Part shown: positions 35,201 to 48,194 of the stretch, piece by piece
Layout: the number at the start of each line of letters is the position of its first letter
How positions within the stretch are numbered: position 1 is the first letter of the stretch
Made by a program: the position numbers and the translations under genes
Source: Octopus bimaculoides
Lineage: Eukaryota
Reading direction: 5' to 3'
Assembly: GCF_001194135.2 (NCBI RefSeq)
Contig: NC_068986.1
Span: forward strand, 22,065,558-22,129,557
Length of the DNA stretch: 64,000 nucleotides
Notes under the pieces: generated by a model
What the model was told of the DNA's origin: nothing
The model's input: only the letters and a program-made list of their open reading frames with translations
The model's database searches: none

Positions 35201-37589
35201 CACCTGCCCTACAATATTATTCTGAAAATCAACAGTTACCTCATCAAAATGTCAAAACTACAAGATAATGCATGATTAATTCAAAGCAATGTAAATAAAT
35301 AAATGTTACTTTTGAGAGAATTATGCGAATGTTAAAGGGTTAAAATATCAATGCAGAAAAATGGTAGATAGGGAAAATTGTTAGTGCATTGAATAGGATG
35401 CCATGCTGTAGAGATGAAACATCGCATCACACATTGCCATTAGGTCAGACTCATACAATAAGGGAGAACAATTAAAGAGTTCAGAGAGGAACATATCATT
35501 TGAAAGTAATGAAAAGACTATTGTCAGAACCAACCAGTGACCTAAACTGAGTCTGGAGTGACTGAAGAAGTCTTTTGCACTAGGTGTCTATGTATATGTA
35601 ATGGTGAGACCAAGTGGGATCCAAAAGAAGTTTATGTGTTTCTGCTTTGTGGAGTTCAAGGCAAAATATGCAGCAAATGCAATGGTTTTATCTGCAGGAA
35701 TATCAACGATATCAATCTTGGGAAAGGAGTGGCACCTAACAGGTTTCTATGCAGTAAGTAGAAAATGTTAATCGTCCTTAATTATAAAATATCCAAGTAT
35801 TGTTGACCTACAACTTACACATCAAAGATTTGACATTTACTTAAGAATGTTATATAGTAGCTTAGATTAAAAGCATTGAATACATGATTTTTTGTTGTTG
35901 TTTTTAGCCTCCCCCTCACTCTCTCTCTCTTTCTCTTCTAAAATGTGAGTAGTCATGTAGCTTCTCTACACCAAGAAACCTGTTTTGCTCTAGCCTTTTT
36001 CTATCATACTTTATCCTTTTATCCTTCTCTTACTCCTTATTCTCCTAGCATAAAAACGTTCCATCTCCCCCTCTTGGGGTTCATGGTCTTGCAAGCTGCA
36101 TTGCAGCTTCACTAGTGCTGGTAGCACAAAAAAAAAGATGCACCCAGTACATGCTGTCAAGGGGTCAGTATTAGGAAGGACATTCAGCTGTAGAAACCAT
36201 ACCAGAACAGACAGTGGAGTGCAATGCAGTCACTGGGCTCATCAGATCCTTTCAAACTGTCTAACCCATGAACAGTAAATGATGATTTTTTTTACATAAA
36301 GCACTTTATTTTAAGAGGCAGTATCAACTGAATATATTGAAGGTAATGGAGAGAACTATGTCAGAATCAGTGTTTTGTTAGATTTTAAGTGATCGGAGAA
36401 GATTTTATACTATGCATCTACATGTCTGTTGTAGTGAGGAAACTATGATATGACAATAGCAGCATAGCCTATTTATTATGGGAGGGTTAAATCACAAGAT
36501 TATTTATTGATTCCCATGCAATACATAGTGAAGGAGAGTTGTTAATTTATGAGTAAAATATTTATAAAGTGTATTTTGACAGGTTGTGTAAGGTGTCCAT
36601 TCTGTGGCATAATGCTAACACAGTCACCAACAATGCAAGAGATACAAGGTTCAAGTTCAACTAGAGGTCCCATTCCTTCTCTGATTGAGATCAGTGATCG
36701 TAAATGTCCTATATCATATCATGCATTTGTGTGTCTGTGTGTGTATCAGTAAATCAACCAAGTTGTTAAAGTATTAGATAGATTGCCTTCTGGTACTTGT
36801 TACTGTTCTCTGTACTCTCAGGTTCAAATACTACCATGGTCAACTTTACTTTCCATCCTTTTGGAATCAATAAATTAAATACCAGTTTTGTATTGAAATA
36901 ATCCTGCTCAAGAAGTGCCACTGTTAGTTTTGGCCATGCACTCCTGTCATCCACAAGATAAAATCATCTGCAATCCAGTCACACTGGATCCCTTCCCAAT
37001 GAGGTGGACGGCTGAAAAAAATGCACAAGTTGGGATCAATCTGAATCTTAAATCAATATCTTGTCCTCACATGTATGGCATCCATCAGTAGGATCACTAT
37101 TGGTTGGCCGTGATCCCCCCCAAGCATGGTTAGTTTCTGTTTGAGATGCTGTGGATTCACTGACTGGAACCAGCTAAACCCATCCTGATGAACCTAACAT
37201 AAATACAAGCAAGTAAGAAACAGTGTTTACAGAAATTGAAGAGGAATGTCAATGTTTTTACCTTGCCAGTACAAAAGGGCCTAGAAAAACAATAGATGCT
37301 CCTGCTTGGAATAAATGAAAATAATGATTTCTGACAGAAGCTCAAAGGAAGGTATTGTTGACTATACTGACTCCAACACTTAATTGGAGTGATGAAAGGC
37401 AAAACTGATCCTGATGGGATTTGAGCTCAGAACACAAAGAGATGTAACTAAATAACACCTAGTATTTTGCCCAGTACTCTTTCAATTTTGCCAGCTTCCA
37501 TTATATAATAATTTTTTCTACTGTAGGAACAAGGTCCAAGATTTTTAGTGAGGGGGCTAATTGATTACATCAACATATTATCATGAAAG

Positions 37590-38074
37590 AAAGACCTGGG
37601 GAAGGCAGCCCTTCAAGGAGAAAGATACTCCGACATAAAACTTGCAGTCAAAATAGTATCGGTCATCTTAAAATGCTTGTCACTGGAACTGACCTGACTA
37701 TGGTGATCGAGAGAGAGACAAGAGTGTTGTACAAGCTTTTCTTTCTTAAATCTAATGACACACAGACATCCCACAATCATTTCATGTTGTGATCTGTTTT
37801 GTTTTTGCGAAGCCCTACAGCAGTGGATGCATGGCAAAATGTGAAAAGTAATATCAATAAACTTGCAAGGATGAAAGTAAATCAGAACAACCAGGTTGAA
37901 GGTGAGACAGGTATCATCTGACAAGAGGAGACAATCATCATGTTTACTGCATAGGTCATTCATTGTTGTGCATTAGTGAAAAAATGGATGGTAAAAATGA
38001 GATGTAACTAAAAGATCAAACTGGGAGACAGAATGATGATAAATTGACTTATTAAAGGAATTAAGTTTTTATAT
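37590..38074. repeat. Direct duplication, copy 1 (copy 2 at 39988-40472)
   Basis: About 485 bp. The core differs by 2 CpG/TpG transitions and 1 poly-A length change. Both copies carry the same 116-aa minus-strand ORF (37613-37963 and 40011-40361). Confidence 0.95.
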
Positions 38075-38451
38075 GACTGGTACTTTATCAATCTGAAGGG
38101 ATGAAAGATAAAGTTGACCTCAGTGGAATTTGAGCTCAGAAAATAAAGACGGATGAAATGCCACTAAGCATTTTATCCAGCATGCTAATAAGTCTGCCAT
38201 CTTGCCACCTAAATAACAATAATAATAATTCTTTCTACTATAGGCACAAGGCCTGAAATTCTGGGGGAGGGGGAAAGTTGTTACATCGACCCTAATGCAT
38301 AACTGGTACTTACTTCATCAAGACTGAAAGGCAAAGTCAACCTTGATGGAATTTGAATTTAGAACGTAAGGACAGACGAAATGCCATTAAGCATTTTGCC
38401 CATTGTCCTAACAATTCTGCCAGCTTGCCATCTAAATGATAATAAGCACGA

Positions 38452-38898
38452 AAGCAAGCAAGTGTGCCTAATAATCAATGTGGCAGTGCTAAGAGATTAA
38501 CATATTATCATGAAAGAAAGATAGAAGGTCGACAAATATGGTGACCTGAAAGTTGAGATTGCCAAGATGTAGCAGCTGTGAGAGTCAAACATAATGGTTG
38601 TTCCTGTTGTCATCGGAGTATTGGGTTTAATACCACCCAACCTGAAGAAACATCTGGACATTTTAGACAAAAACCCCTACCTTGATGTATTGTAAAAATC
38701 AGCCTTACTTGGAACTGAATGCATGCTGTGTAAAGTTCTGTCTGACTGAGGTCCTTGTTGTGACTTGACGGACAGTACACACAATATCTTCAATCTACGT
38801 CACAATATTGGATGACATCTTAAATACTGCTGCTGCTACTACTACTACTACTACCACTAATAATAATAATAATAATAATAATGATAATAATAATAATA

Positions 38899-38930
<32 letters not shown>
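38452..38930 (+). mobile_element. R4/Dong-like non-LTR retrotransposon 3' end (restriction-like endonuclease) with (ACT)n(AAT)n tail
   Basis: It translates as KQVCLIINVAVLRD*HIIMKER*KVDKYGDLKVEIAKM*QL*ESNIMVVPVVIGVLGLIPPNLKKHLDIL...*KSALLGTECMLCKVLSD* (stop about 38747-38749). This matches the R4-clade C-terminal consensus KE.EK..KY.DL..EI..+W....+VPVV+GALG...LQK.ALLGTA.ILR+VL. Confidence 0.85.
38858..38927. repeat. (AAT)n followed directly by (ATT)n, forming an AT-rich palindrome
   Basis: The sequence taataataataataat|tattattattatt is self-complementary around 38900. Confidence 0.9.
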
Positions 38931-39987
38931 GCAACTTTAATACATATTTGTAGGTGCTTAACCCAAGTCAATCTCATTCTACAAGACATGATCAAAGACA
39001 TTCCACCATAACCATCCTGTCTTTTTATGGTTGTATAGAACTACAATACTCAATGTGTTCTTTTCAAGCAGTAGGATGTGATTTGAGATTTGACTGCCAT
39101 TTCAAGAAGCTTTGACAACCACTTAAAGGCTCCATTGTTAGTTCATTTTATGTGTAGTCAGTTAGATTGCTGTGAAAAGCTGAAACAGGAAAGGGGGCTA
39201 ACAATAGTGGGATATCTCTAAAATCTATTAACCTCAAAATAATTGTTATCTTTAGCATAATTGTTATATTTAGTATAAGAGATGAATAGATATACACTGA
39301 ATTGTATAGGTATTGCAATCAGAGGAGGTATGGCTGGATCTCAAATTAATTACTCACATCACATGCACTGAATATCAGGAACAGTCAAGGGCAAAAGTTC
39401 ATGGTCTGTTCTGATTGGTCAATAGAGGTTATGACACTTGACCTGAACAAGACTGGAGGTAGGGCATACTTGAAATTGTATCATGAGTGCAAAATGAACA
39501 GAAAAATATGTCGATTATGACAAAGAGATTTTCCTCATTTCAGTAGGATTGGCAGCAGGAAGGACATCACAGCATAAATTATCATTGCTCTTATAATTTT
39601 ATGAATGAATCAGGAAATTCAAAGGAAAATTATACCCAAGATGAGAACCAAGGAAAAACAAAAACGTCCACAATGAAATTTGTTACAAAAGAATTCGCTG
39701 AACATATAAATACAGGATGTTGTTGCTGTTAAACCACAGGTCAGCATTAATCAAACAAACCTATCATAAAAGGCATTTCAGTTTAGATTATCCCATCATT
39801 TTTCAAGTATTGTGTTCCCAATCCAAAGCCCTTTTTTTAAGACAGGAGTGAGTGACTGGAGATTTCAATACTATTTCTATCAATATAAAGGCCACACAGA
39901 ACCTCCCCTTATTGGCTCATACTATATGCTGTATACAGTATGCTGTATCCTGTATATAGTGTTCTATATACAAGGGTTATATTTAAC

Positions 39988-40472
39988 AAAGACATAGGGA
40001 AGGCAGCCCTTCAAGGAGAAAGATACTCTGACATAAAACTTGCAGTCAAAATAGTATCGGTCATCTTAAAATGCTTGTCACTGGAACTGACCTGACTATG
40101 GTGATCGAGAGAGAGACAAGAGTGTTGTACAAGCTTTTCTTTCTTAAATCTAATGACACACAGACATCCCACAATCATTTCATGTCGTGATCTGTTTTGT
40201 TTTTGCGAAGCCCTACAGCAGTGGATGCATGGCAAAATGTGAAAAGTAATATCAATAAACTTGCAAGGATGAAAGTAAATCAGAACAACCAGGTTGAAGG
40301 TGAGACAGGTATCATCTGACAAGAGGAGACAATCATCATGTTTACTGCATAGGTCATTCATTGTTGTGCATTAGTGAAAAAAATGGATGGTAAAAATGAG
40401 ATGTAACTAAAAGATCAAACTGGGAGACAGAATGATGATAAACTGACTGATTAAACGAATTGGTTTTTATAT
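39988..40472. repeat. Direct duplication, copy 2 (likely donor copy)
   Basis: This is the partner of 37590-38074. It is not embedded in a split SINE. Confidence 0.95.
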
Positions 40473-40604
40473 CTAAAAATACAAAATTATTGCTGGTATA
40501 CCTATGTAATTAAAATCTATGATGTAATAATAAGATTCAACAAAGTTCTTTAACATTAGGACAATTATAGATTTGCATTTCATTGTTAATAATGAAGTTC
40601 AGGG

Positions 40605-41005
40605 CACTATTACCTCTGTTGGCAACAAAGGACTTCTCTAATTAAAGTGAAAGGTAGATTGTATGATGCTTGTATACGAAGTGTGGTATTGCATAGGTGA
40701 TACAGGTCCACTGAATGTAAAATGGTGTGAAGGTTAGAAAGAAAGAGGCTGAAAATTTCTGCTGGATATGTAATTTTAACATGCATGAACGACAGAACAC
40801 ATATGAATTGAGAGGAAACGTTGAATATAAGACAAATCAGATAAAGTGTACAAGAAAGAAGACTACACTGGTGCAAACACGTGATGCATATGGAAGATGA
40901 TGGGTGAAGAAGCCTCAAGAAAACCAAGTGGAATGAGCCTGCAGAAATGGAAGGCCAAGAAAGATAAAAGAACTGGTGTGAAGGCTGATCTCAAGATACT
41001 GAGTT
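40605..41005 (+). mobile_element. RTE-clade LINE 3' fragment
   Basis: Frameshifted translation gives LPLLATK..KGRLYDACIRSV..RRLER....VQERRLHWCKHV.HMEDD..GRPRK..VKADLKILS, the RTE ORF C-terminus. Confidence 0.75.
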
Positions 41006-42929
41006 AAAAATTAAAACCTTTATTTCTAATACAGAGAATGAACATTTAACCCTAATCCTATAGTAAATTTTTTGTGAAATTTTGGCACATTTAAACACAA
41101 TTCATTAAAAACAGTTTATTCTGGGTTTATTGATTGGGAATCTCAGCATGATGTGCACCACCTCTTTGACTATTCTAACTTCTCATTTTGGTTATTTGTC
41201 TGTAACAAAAACTTCATTCCAAATTGTACTGTAATTTCCAATCACAAATGTTCTATTATACTTTCATTTGATATTTTATATCAATATATCAAATCACATT
41301 TCTTTTCTCCTGAACTTATCAGATCATATCTCATTCTTCTTTATATATGTATATATCACATTTTATGGTTACAGGTTTGTCTGTGCAACTCTGTCAGAAC
41401 AAATATCACAAGAAACTTCGTTTGAAAGCCCCAGTTCATCCTTTCTCATCAATTTATTTTTATTCGTGGCCCCAACACTAATGAGATCACTGATCTCTAG
41501 TGAGATCACATGACTAAGTTGTCCACTCAGTCGATGAGGATCTTAGTTTTGCAACTTACATGGTTATTGCTGATGCAATGCAGAAAAGTACACAGTACAC
41601 TATATATATATATATAATGATTGGTATTAAGGAGAATATCCAGCCATAGAAACCATGCCGAAGCAGATATGGAGCACAATGCTCCAGTATCTGACCTCTG
41701 ACCTGTTTGATTCTGTCAACTTGCCCCAATTATGCCAGCACAGAAAACAGATGTTAAAACATGATGTCTTTGTGTGTGTACAGAGCAAACAACCACACAA
41801 CTTCTGCCTACCAAATTCTATTCCCAAAGTATTAGTCAATCTGAAATTATGGTAGGAGACACTTGCCCAAGGTAGCATGCCACAGAATAGAACCCAAGAC
41901 GATACTGTTGCAAAGTGAATTTATCAATAAGTTTCTTTGCAAATACACAGAATATTATGAATCCAGTACTTTCATACATCATACAGTTGTTTGCTGTGTT
42001 TTGTTCTACTGAAAAAACAATGGAGTATGTTGTTGTTTCAGAAAATTGATGTTATATATCTGCCTTATAATAAATCTAACAAGTTTCAGATGCTTTGAGA
42101 AGATCATGGACAGTCACTTCTTCCTGATAAATCTATCTCCATGAAATATATAAATAAAAAGAATGTCACTGGATTTTAGTTTTGTCCGTTAGTGGATACA
42201 AATTTCATACATTGTGGTGAATATTTGTTATTCAAGAATGTGTTCTGGAGGTGACAGATTTTTTTAAAGTCACTCTACTAAAGCATTAGTACATTTAAAA
42301 AATATTTTACCAGTAGCTCATCTAAAAAAAAAAAACTTTCAAATATATAAATAGTCTTTGAAGATTATTTAAAATTTAAATTTTGTTCAAGTTGCTACAG
42401 ATTTAACTCCTTATAATTAATATATATTATACTAATAAATGAATAAATAAATAACCCTAAAATAACATTGTGGCATCTTAACAGTCAAGTAGTGTACATT
42501 TAGCAATTCAACCAGGACTAGAAATCTCAAAAGGTTTTTTTTTTAAATCTTATTCATTTCTCTCCAAATCTAAGGCAATGCTGGGAAGCAAATATTGAAT
42601 CAATAATAATGATACGTTTTTTTTACGTTACTGAGTCAATAATAATACTTTTAAATGCTTATTGACAAAGCAAATTTTTCTCTTAAATTATCTTTAATTC
42701 AATTTTATCGAACTCAATAAATATCATAAGAGTCGACTTTGCCTTTCATCCTTCCAGAATCGATAAATTAAGTACCAGTTGCGTACTAGGATCGATCTAA
42801 TCGACTGGCCCCCTCGCCCAAAATTTCGGGCCTTGTGCCTGGAGTAGAAAAGAATAAATACCATAAGAAAGTTTTACAAAAATAACCATGATAAATTGGT
42901 TGAACCTTTTTCCTGTTCCCCGCCTACCA

Positions 42930-43230
42930 CTTCCTGCTAATTTCAACTCGTGCATTTTTTTTTCTCTTCTCTGAGACACTGCAAGCCCACTTCTGGCTTT
43001 CTTTCTTTAACCCTAATTAATGTCTCACCGTACAAAATAATTTTTGCAATCATTCTTTCTTCCACAGATCTGTACTCCTCTATAATTCCATTCCCTGACA
43101 ATGTATTCTTCCTAAAACACCGGGTTGCAGAAAGAAGTTCAAAATGAACACCATTAATACTACTAACCTCTCCCGACAACCCACCCCATTCCTCGTTGTA
43201 GCAGCATTTCAAAGGGAGGACTGCCTCCAC
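42930..43230 (-). mobile_element. Possible decayed RTE-like LINE C-terminus
   Basis: ORF 42943-43230 contains EERMIAKIILYGETLIRVKERKPEVGLQCLREE, resembling the RTE motif RM..ER.PK.ILYGE..G.R..GRP..W...+ED. Confidence 0.4.
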
Positions 43231-44956
43231 TATTGCATTTTACGTTTCTTATACGAGAGTAAGACTATACTTGTTTTACAAAAGTTACCTGTCATAACTA
43301 TCAAATCAACTCAGAGACAGCCTCTTATGTAGTCACTTGAGCTGCGAGAAATAGCAGCCAGATAACATCGTATCGTCTTAAAAGAGTAAGAACAAATTAA
43401 ATAATATAGTCTTAGATGACGTTATGTCTGAAAATAAAATTAAAAACTGGATAGTCACGGTTGGAGTGTAGATCAGCTCAATCATGACTGACATAGGGCA
43501 AATCAAGATCACTTGTAATTCACTAATTGCTATATAAATTGACGATCTAACTCATGAAAAAAGATTAACTCCATTTTACAACTACAAGGCTCCCTATTTA
43601 AGAGAAACTCCTTACCCTATAATTTATATCAGAATAAAAAGTTAATTAGAAGTTATTTTAAGTATGTATCAATTAATATTCGAAAAAAATTCCTTTAAAA
43701 CAACAAAATTTTTTCATACTTAATATACTGTTTTGAGTTCGTCATGGACCAGCCTACGTATGATCAACAGTGTTCCTGTTGTAACCATCCGTTTTATTCA
43801 ACCATGGTGTTTCTAAGACTACACTATCCAATGTACTCATTTTTTAAAGGCATTTCAGAGAGATTTAGCTGCTATTTCCAGCAGATCGAGTGACCATAGA
43901 GAGGTCACTACTCGATCTACTGTTGTCAATAAAGATAAATTTAATGGTATCCAATAAAACATTTCCCTAAACAATAAGAAACCAAGTGATTCCTGATTTA
44001 ATAATTTGATGATAATGATAGTGATGATATTATTAGTCAGCAATGAGAGGAAAAAGGGGGCAGTATTCTGGCTTAATTGTGAGACGTTAGAATTTGATCA
44101 AGACTTTTTAAAGACTATTTGGTAAAATGTTCCTATTTATTATATTCGTTGCACATTAGCACCGATGTAAAAGAAAAAAAAACTGGGGGCAAAACGATTT
44201 CTTAGCAATAAAAGAACCAAAATGAAATCAAAGCGAAATTTTTTAAATATATACACCCACCCCTTTTCTGGTTGCCGATATATATAGATATAATAACTAA
44301 AGGTAGATATGATAGTTCCAAAAGTTATCTTAGCAATAAAAGTAATAAAATTTGAAGTGAATGTTTTATTTTGTTTTTTTTTTTCACTTAAGTCTTTCAA
44401 ACGATATTAAGAAAATTATTGGAAAGTTGTAAACAACCTTTAAAAATAATGATAAAGTTAAGAACCTTGGTCTGGTCCAGCATATCCCTTTATTAATAAT
44501 GTTTTTTTTAAGGTAATGAATGAATGAACGACTTCTTGGTTTACACAATGGTTTAAAAATATGCTATATAAAGCCAAAATAGCCAAACTGACCGAACAAA
44601 AAAAAATACATGTGAAAAATATAATAATAATGATGATGATGAATTTATTGTATACAGTGCTCAGGTGCACTACAACTCATCAGAAAAGGTAGCCGAAAGT
44701 GCATGTACAGTACATAGAATGCACAGAAAGTGAACAATGAATAAGTCCTTTTAAAAAATGGGGGAGGAGCACTAGGTATATTCAACATAAAATTAATGAC
44801 TGTATTAATTAAGTAATAAACTAAAACTCGTTCAAGTGTAAAAAATTTATATATACTTAGAATTATATATAGTAGGAATTGTTTCAATGGAAGAGACGAT
44901 TTTCTTCCAAATAATAAAGATAAATAAATACATCTCTAAAATCAGGCTTTTATAGT

Positions 44957-44990
<34 letters not shown>

Positions 44991-47429
44991 AATTTTGAAC
45001 GAACAACGATCTTTTTTCAAAAACATTTTAGGAAATAAGATTGAAAAGTTAATAACTAGCAACAAGATGCACAGCCTAAATTATCACCACCACTATTACT
45101 CTTTTGTGTGTGTGTGTGTGAATAAATAAATATATTGGCTTTGGAAACATGACAGTCTGCTTGCATTACCAAAAAAGAAATAGAGTCACTGTTTGTAAAT
45201 ATGATGGGGGTAGACAAATGCCAACAGAGTAGATCAGTTCTGCATATAATTAGCTTTCAATTGCAGAGCATCGCAAAGCATGAGGCAATGTAAAATTTCA
45301 AATTATGATGGAAGATTGTTCTCTGTCTTTAGAATTTATACTTCATGTCCTATAAAATATAGCAGAAGGTTCGGATATGGTTGCGCTAATTTGAACCTCG
45401 TTATTTTCCTTCCATACTCAAATATATACAAATACTTCTAGTTTTGTGACTAAAGATGAGCAATTGCTATGAGTAAACTATTTTAATAGATCAATTATTT
45501 TTTCCTTTGGTATTTGGCAATTTTGGTAAAGGAAGAGGACCTATAAAAAATGCTCAGCTTCTACTCAAATAACATTTATTTCCTTCAAAATGCGAAAAAT
45601 AGAAAATCTTAGTAAATGGATTAACACAGAAATACATTAATGACTTGAATTACTATTAACTACAGAATAATAAAAACAAAATAGATTCTTAAACTTACTC
45701 CCAAACTATTACCATTTACCTTTAAATAATCGAAAAAAGTAATAAAGTATTTTACGAGACATCACCCATCACTTTCACGTGCAATTTAAAAGATAAATAT
45801 AATGTTAAAAACAACACCAATATGAAGTTTTTTGACACAGATATACTATTGACCTAATTCAGTTTAGCATATAAACAAAAACAACCTAAAGTACAAAAAT
45901 ATACAAAATAGTCACCAAAGCAGTTTCCAAGTAAAAAATGTTTTAGTGAAATTTACAGAAGTGATAACAAAGTTATTATTTAGGGTTAATAATAATGAAA
46001 ATAATATTTTCTTTATTTGTCAATAATAAACAATTATTCAATTATAGACAGTAGGGGAATTACATCAACTTGTACATGTTGCTATTATATACCGTGGAGA
46101 AATTAATTAACCGAGAAACTATTTTAATACAAAAGATGAAAACGTAAAAACTCGGTAACAAATCAAATATGTGATTTGTGCCTAAGTCTTTATTAGAACT
46201 TGAAACAAAACAAAGCAAACTTCTCCATTCACAGTAATGCCAGTAGTGAGCTGAAGGCGGAAGTAACTAGTTCTGTTTAAGATGCCAAAAAATCCTGGAT
46301 CATAAAATATGGAAGGGAATATTTCAGAAACAATTTATTGAGCGATGAATTAAAATATTTGTTTAATAAAATTTTTCGAAGTTAAATTCACAGAACGATT
46401 TCATTTCTGTTATCTATTTCTTTGGGGAGGTTTTTTTCCCCTCTAGACGATATCTCTTGACTAGGCAGAAGGCCAATTTTGCAGGGAAAGGATACCGTCG
46501 ATTGACAAAACACCACTCTAGAGAGATGAAAAGACAAGCTGACTATAGTGTGAACTGAATTCAGTTTAGTGCCATCATGACAGGATCAAAACAATCTTGA
46601 TTTTGAACTATTTAATAAATTGATATTTAAAATAGTCACTCAATGATGATAATACAAGGTACGTATCAATGAAATTAGAAACCATACAAAGAAATAGGGC
46701 TTTATTTACTAGGTTTTATTTTATAATAATATCGACTTTGGTCCGTGTATTACAACAAAAGTGAGAAGGACAAAAGAATAGTAAATATGGAATATAAAGA
46801 AATCTGTGTCAATAATAATAAATCTGATGAATCAAATCTGTTGTTAGATACATTAATAACAAATTGCAGCATACTCTATTAAAATGTATTCTAGTAGTTC
46901 TAATCTTAGTTATCATTAAGAAGCAATAAATTCCGAATGATAAACAATAATATACATTTCAATATCTAAACAAAAAATTTAACAAAAAAAGAGGTGTTTT
47001 ATGTTATTATTGTAGCAAGATGATGCATAAAAATGTCAAACTGTTTAAGATGTAGCAGTAACATCGTAAAATTCATATTTCGGTTTAGTATAAAGAGTGG
47101 AGTTAGTAAAGAGCTTTGTGCATATTATCAAAATTAAAAATCAAATAAATGTTTCCTAAACAGAAAATTGGCAATTTTAGAGATAGAGAGAATATTTTCC
47201 TTTTCTTTTTTTTTTAGTATTGACGTGGTGTGGTAGTGAAATCAGACATTGAAAAAAAAAACATCCTTTTATGAAAAATTACTACGCAAGGGTACAAATC
47301 CATAAAGTCAACAGTAATAGAAAGCTTTTAGACTAACCTTGACTATAGTTAATCCTTAAAAAAACCTGATAACCAGAGAGATTATTAACCAAAAATGTGA
47401 TGGGAACCATTTTTATCGAATAACAACAG

Positions 47430-47720
47430 GCACCTGTTCACACTTCCTGCGCCATAATGTGATGACGTCACAGTTCTGAGTGCTGCTTCAGCGGAAGTAA
47501 ACTCATCACCAACAATTAAATATATACGGAAGCTCTTTCAGGTCATATATTTATGAAAATGACATTTTCTCCTCTTCGTCGTATTGTAGTTCTCTCAAAA
47601 GTAATTGCGGACTGCCTTTCAAACTATTATTCACACTAGTTCAACGTTATATTTTAATAAACGGTTCCGTACGTAATTTTCGGGGAAAATTATTACGAAT
47701 ATGAAAATGATAACCGAAAG
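47430..47720. promoter_or_regulatory. CpG-retaining promoter-like element
   Basis: I count 14 CpG in 47441-47720, against near zero in most non-repeat flanks. Motifs are a perfect CRE TGACGTCA (47463-70), ETS-type ACTTCCTG (47442-49) and GCGGAAGT (47491-98), and YY1-like CGCCATAAT (47450-58). A second GCGGAAGT lies at 46257-64. Confidence 0.55.
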
Positions 47721-47800
47721 CTAAACAACAGAACAAAAATCAATAATTAGCTTCCCTATTGTCACTTTTTATTTCATTTTAATTTCCCTTTAAATTACAG

Positions 47801-48003
47801 AACCATCATAGAATAGCATACCTATGTTTACAATCAATCGAAAACAATTATGGATGCTATTTTTCTGGATCCAATACGATGATTATTTCCAATCAGGACC
47901 AGAGAAACCATTTAACAAAAGAAGCACGTGCTTAGGGCACCAAGGGAAGGGGATGGTACTATGGATTTTTTTTTATAGTGCTGGATTTACCATGGCACAA
48001 ATG
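47801..48003 (+). CDS. Candidate first coding exon downstream of the promoter-like element
   Basis: The acceptor is tttaatttccctttaaattacag and the donor is ATG|gtaaat. An ORF from 47824 and an in-frame strong-context ACCATGG at 47992 (M-A-Q-M) are present. No homolog was recognised. Confidence 0.25.
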
Positions 48004-48194
48004 GTAAATTGACATTTTTTAAGAATTAAAAAAAGGCTGAGAATTTGAATCTTTACCCTGTTCTTATAAGTAAATCTATTCATTTTTTAAAATACAGGTT
48101 ATATTTAGTTGAGGTGTATTGATTGAAAGAAAACTGGATTTTCAATCTATTTTTTTCCCATTCAGCACTTGTATCTAAATTGAAGGATTTGCAT

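Noticed and set aside
44640-44700. Minus-strand CTGATGA plus a good stem II (GTTGTA-GTGC/GCAC-TACAAT)
   Set aside because: It is not followed by GAAA or stem III and runs into AATAAA and a microsatellite. At best it is a truncated repeat end.
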